From a virus (lineage: Duplodnaviria; Caudoviricetes), in the IMG/VR virus record IMGVR_UViG_3300012952_000043, positions 1 through 38,064 of that record: 38,064 bases of DNA. One strand, written 5' to 3'. A model generated the notes under the pieces. It did no database searches and was not told the origin of the DNA. It saw only the letters and a program-made list of their open reading frames with translations. Shown here in pieces: positions 38,005-38,064 of this stretch. A program made the position numbers and the translations under genes. Numbering within the stretch: the stretch's first letter is position 1; each line of letters opens with the position of its first letter.

Positions 38005-38064
38005 TGAGCTGAATATTTATATTCGACGAGCACTAATCGTCGTTTAAACACGTTGGTAGAGACC

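Noticed and set aside
1-38064. Stop-codon reassignment
   Set aside because: Genes are full length in the standard code, and TAA, TAG and TGA all end well-supported genes.
1-38064. tRNA, rRNA, CRISPR array, integrase or transposase
   Set aside because: None recognised by eye; intergenic gaps are short (under about 175 nt) and show no repeat-spacer pattern or cloverleaf. A covariance-model scan was not run.

Overview
This window is a gene-dense segment, all on the + strand, of a large contractile-tailed (myovirus-type) dsDNA phage using the standard genetic code. Bases 1-23445 form a tail module: two tandem tail-sheath paralogs, a tail tube, a T4 gp26-like assembly chaperone with an overlapping out-of-frame partner ORF, a 1721-aa tape measure, a tube-fold baseplate protein, a LysM/gpX-like protein and a large hub-like protein. 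Bases 23482-34113 carry replication and nucleotide genes: a truncated family A polymerase, a degenerate HD protein, a MazG-like pyrophosphatase, a gp32-like SSB, RecA/UvsX, a 5'-3' exonuclease, a DnaB-like helicase and NrdJ. The remainder holds ClpP, two peptidoglycan hydrolases, ThyX and unknown genes. The most notable observations are: (1) a candidate +1/-2 frameshift at a T7 run (10450-10456) joining the chaperone to the next ORF, as in lambda G/GT; (2) a second sheath with five acidic modules, four apparently nested inside one another; (3) a recurring TA(C/T/A)TTA motif before structural genes versus sigma70-like promoters before replication genes; (4) a minimal Leu762-type PolA and an apparently inactive HD protein. 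All assignments come from reading motifs by eye; no database searches were run.
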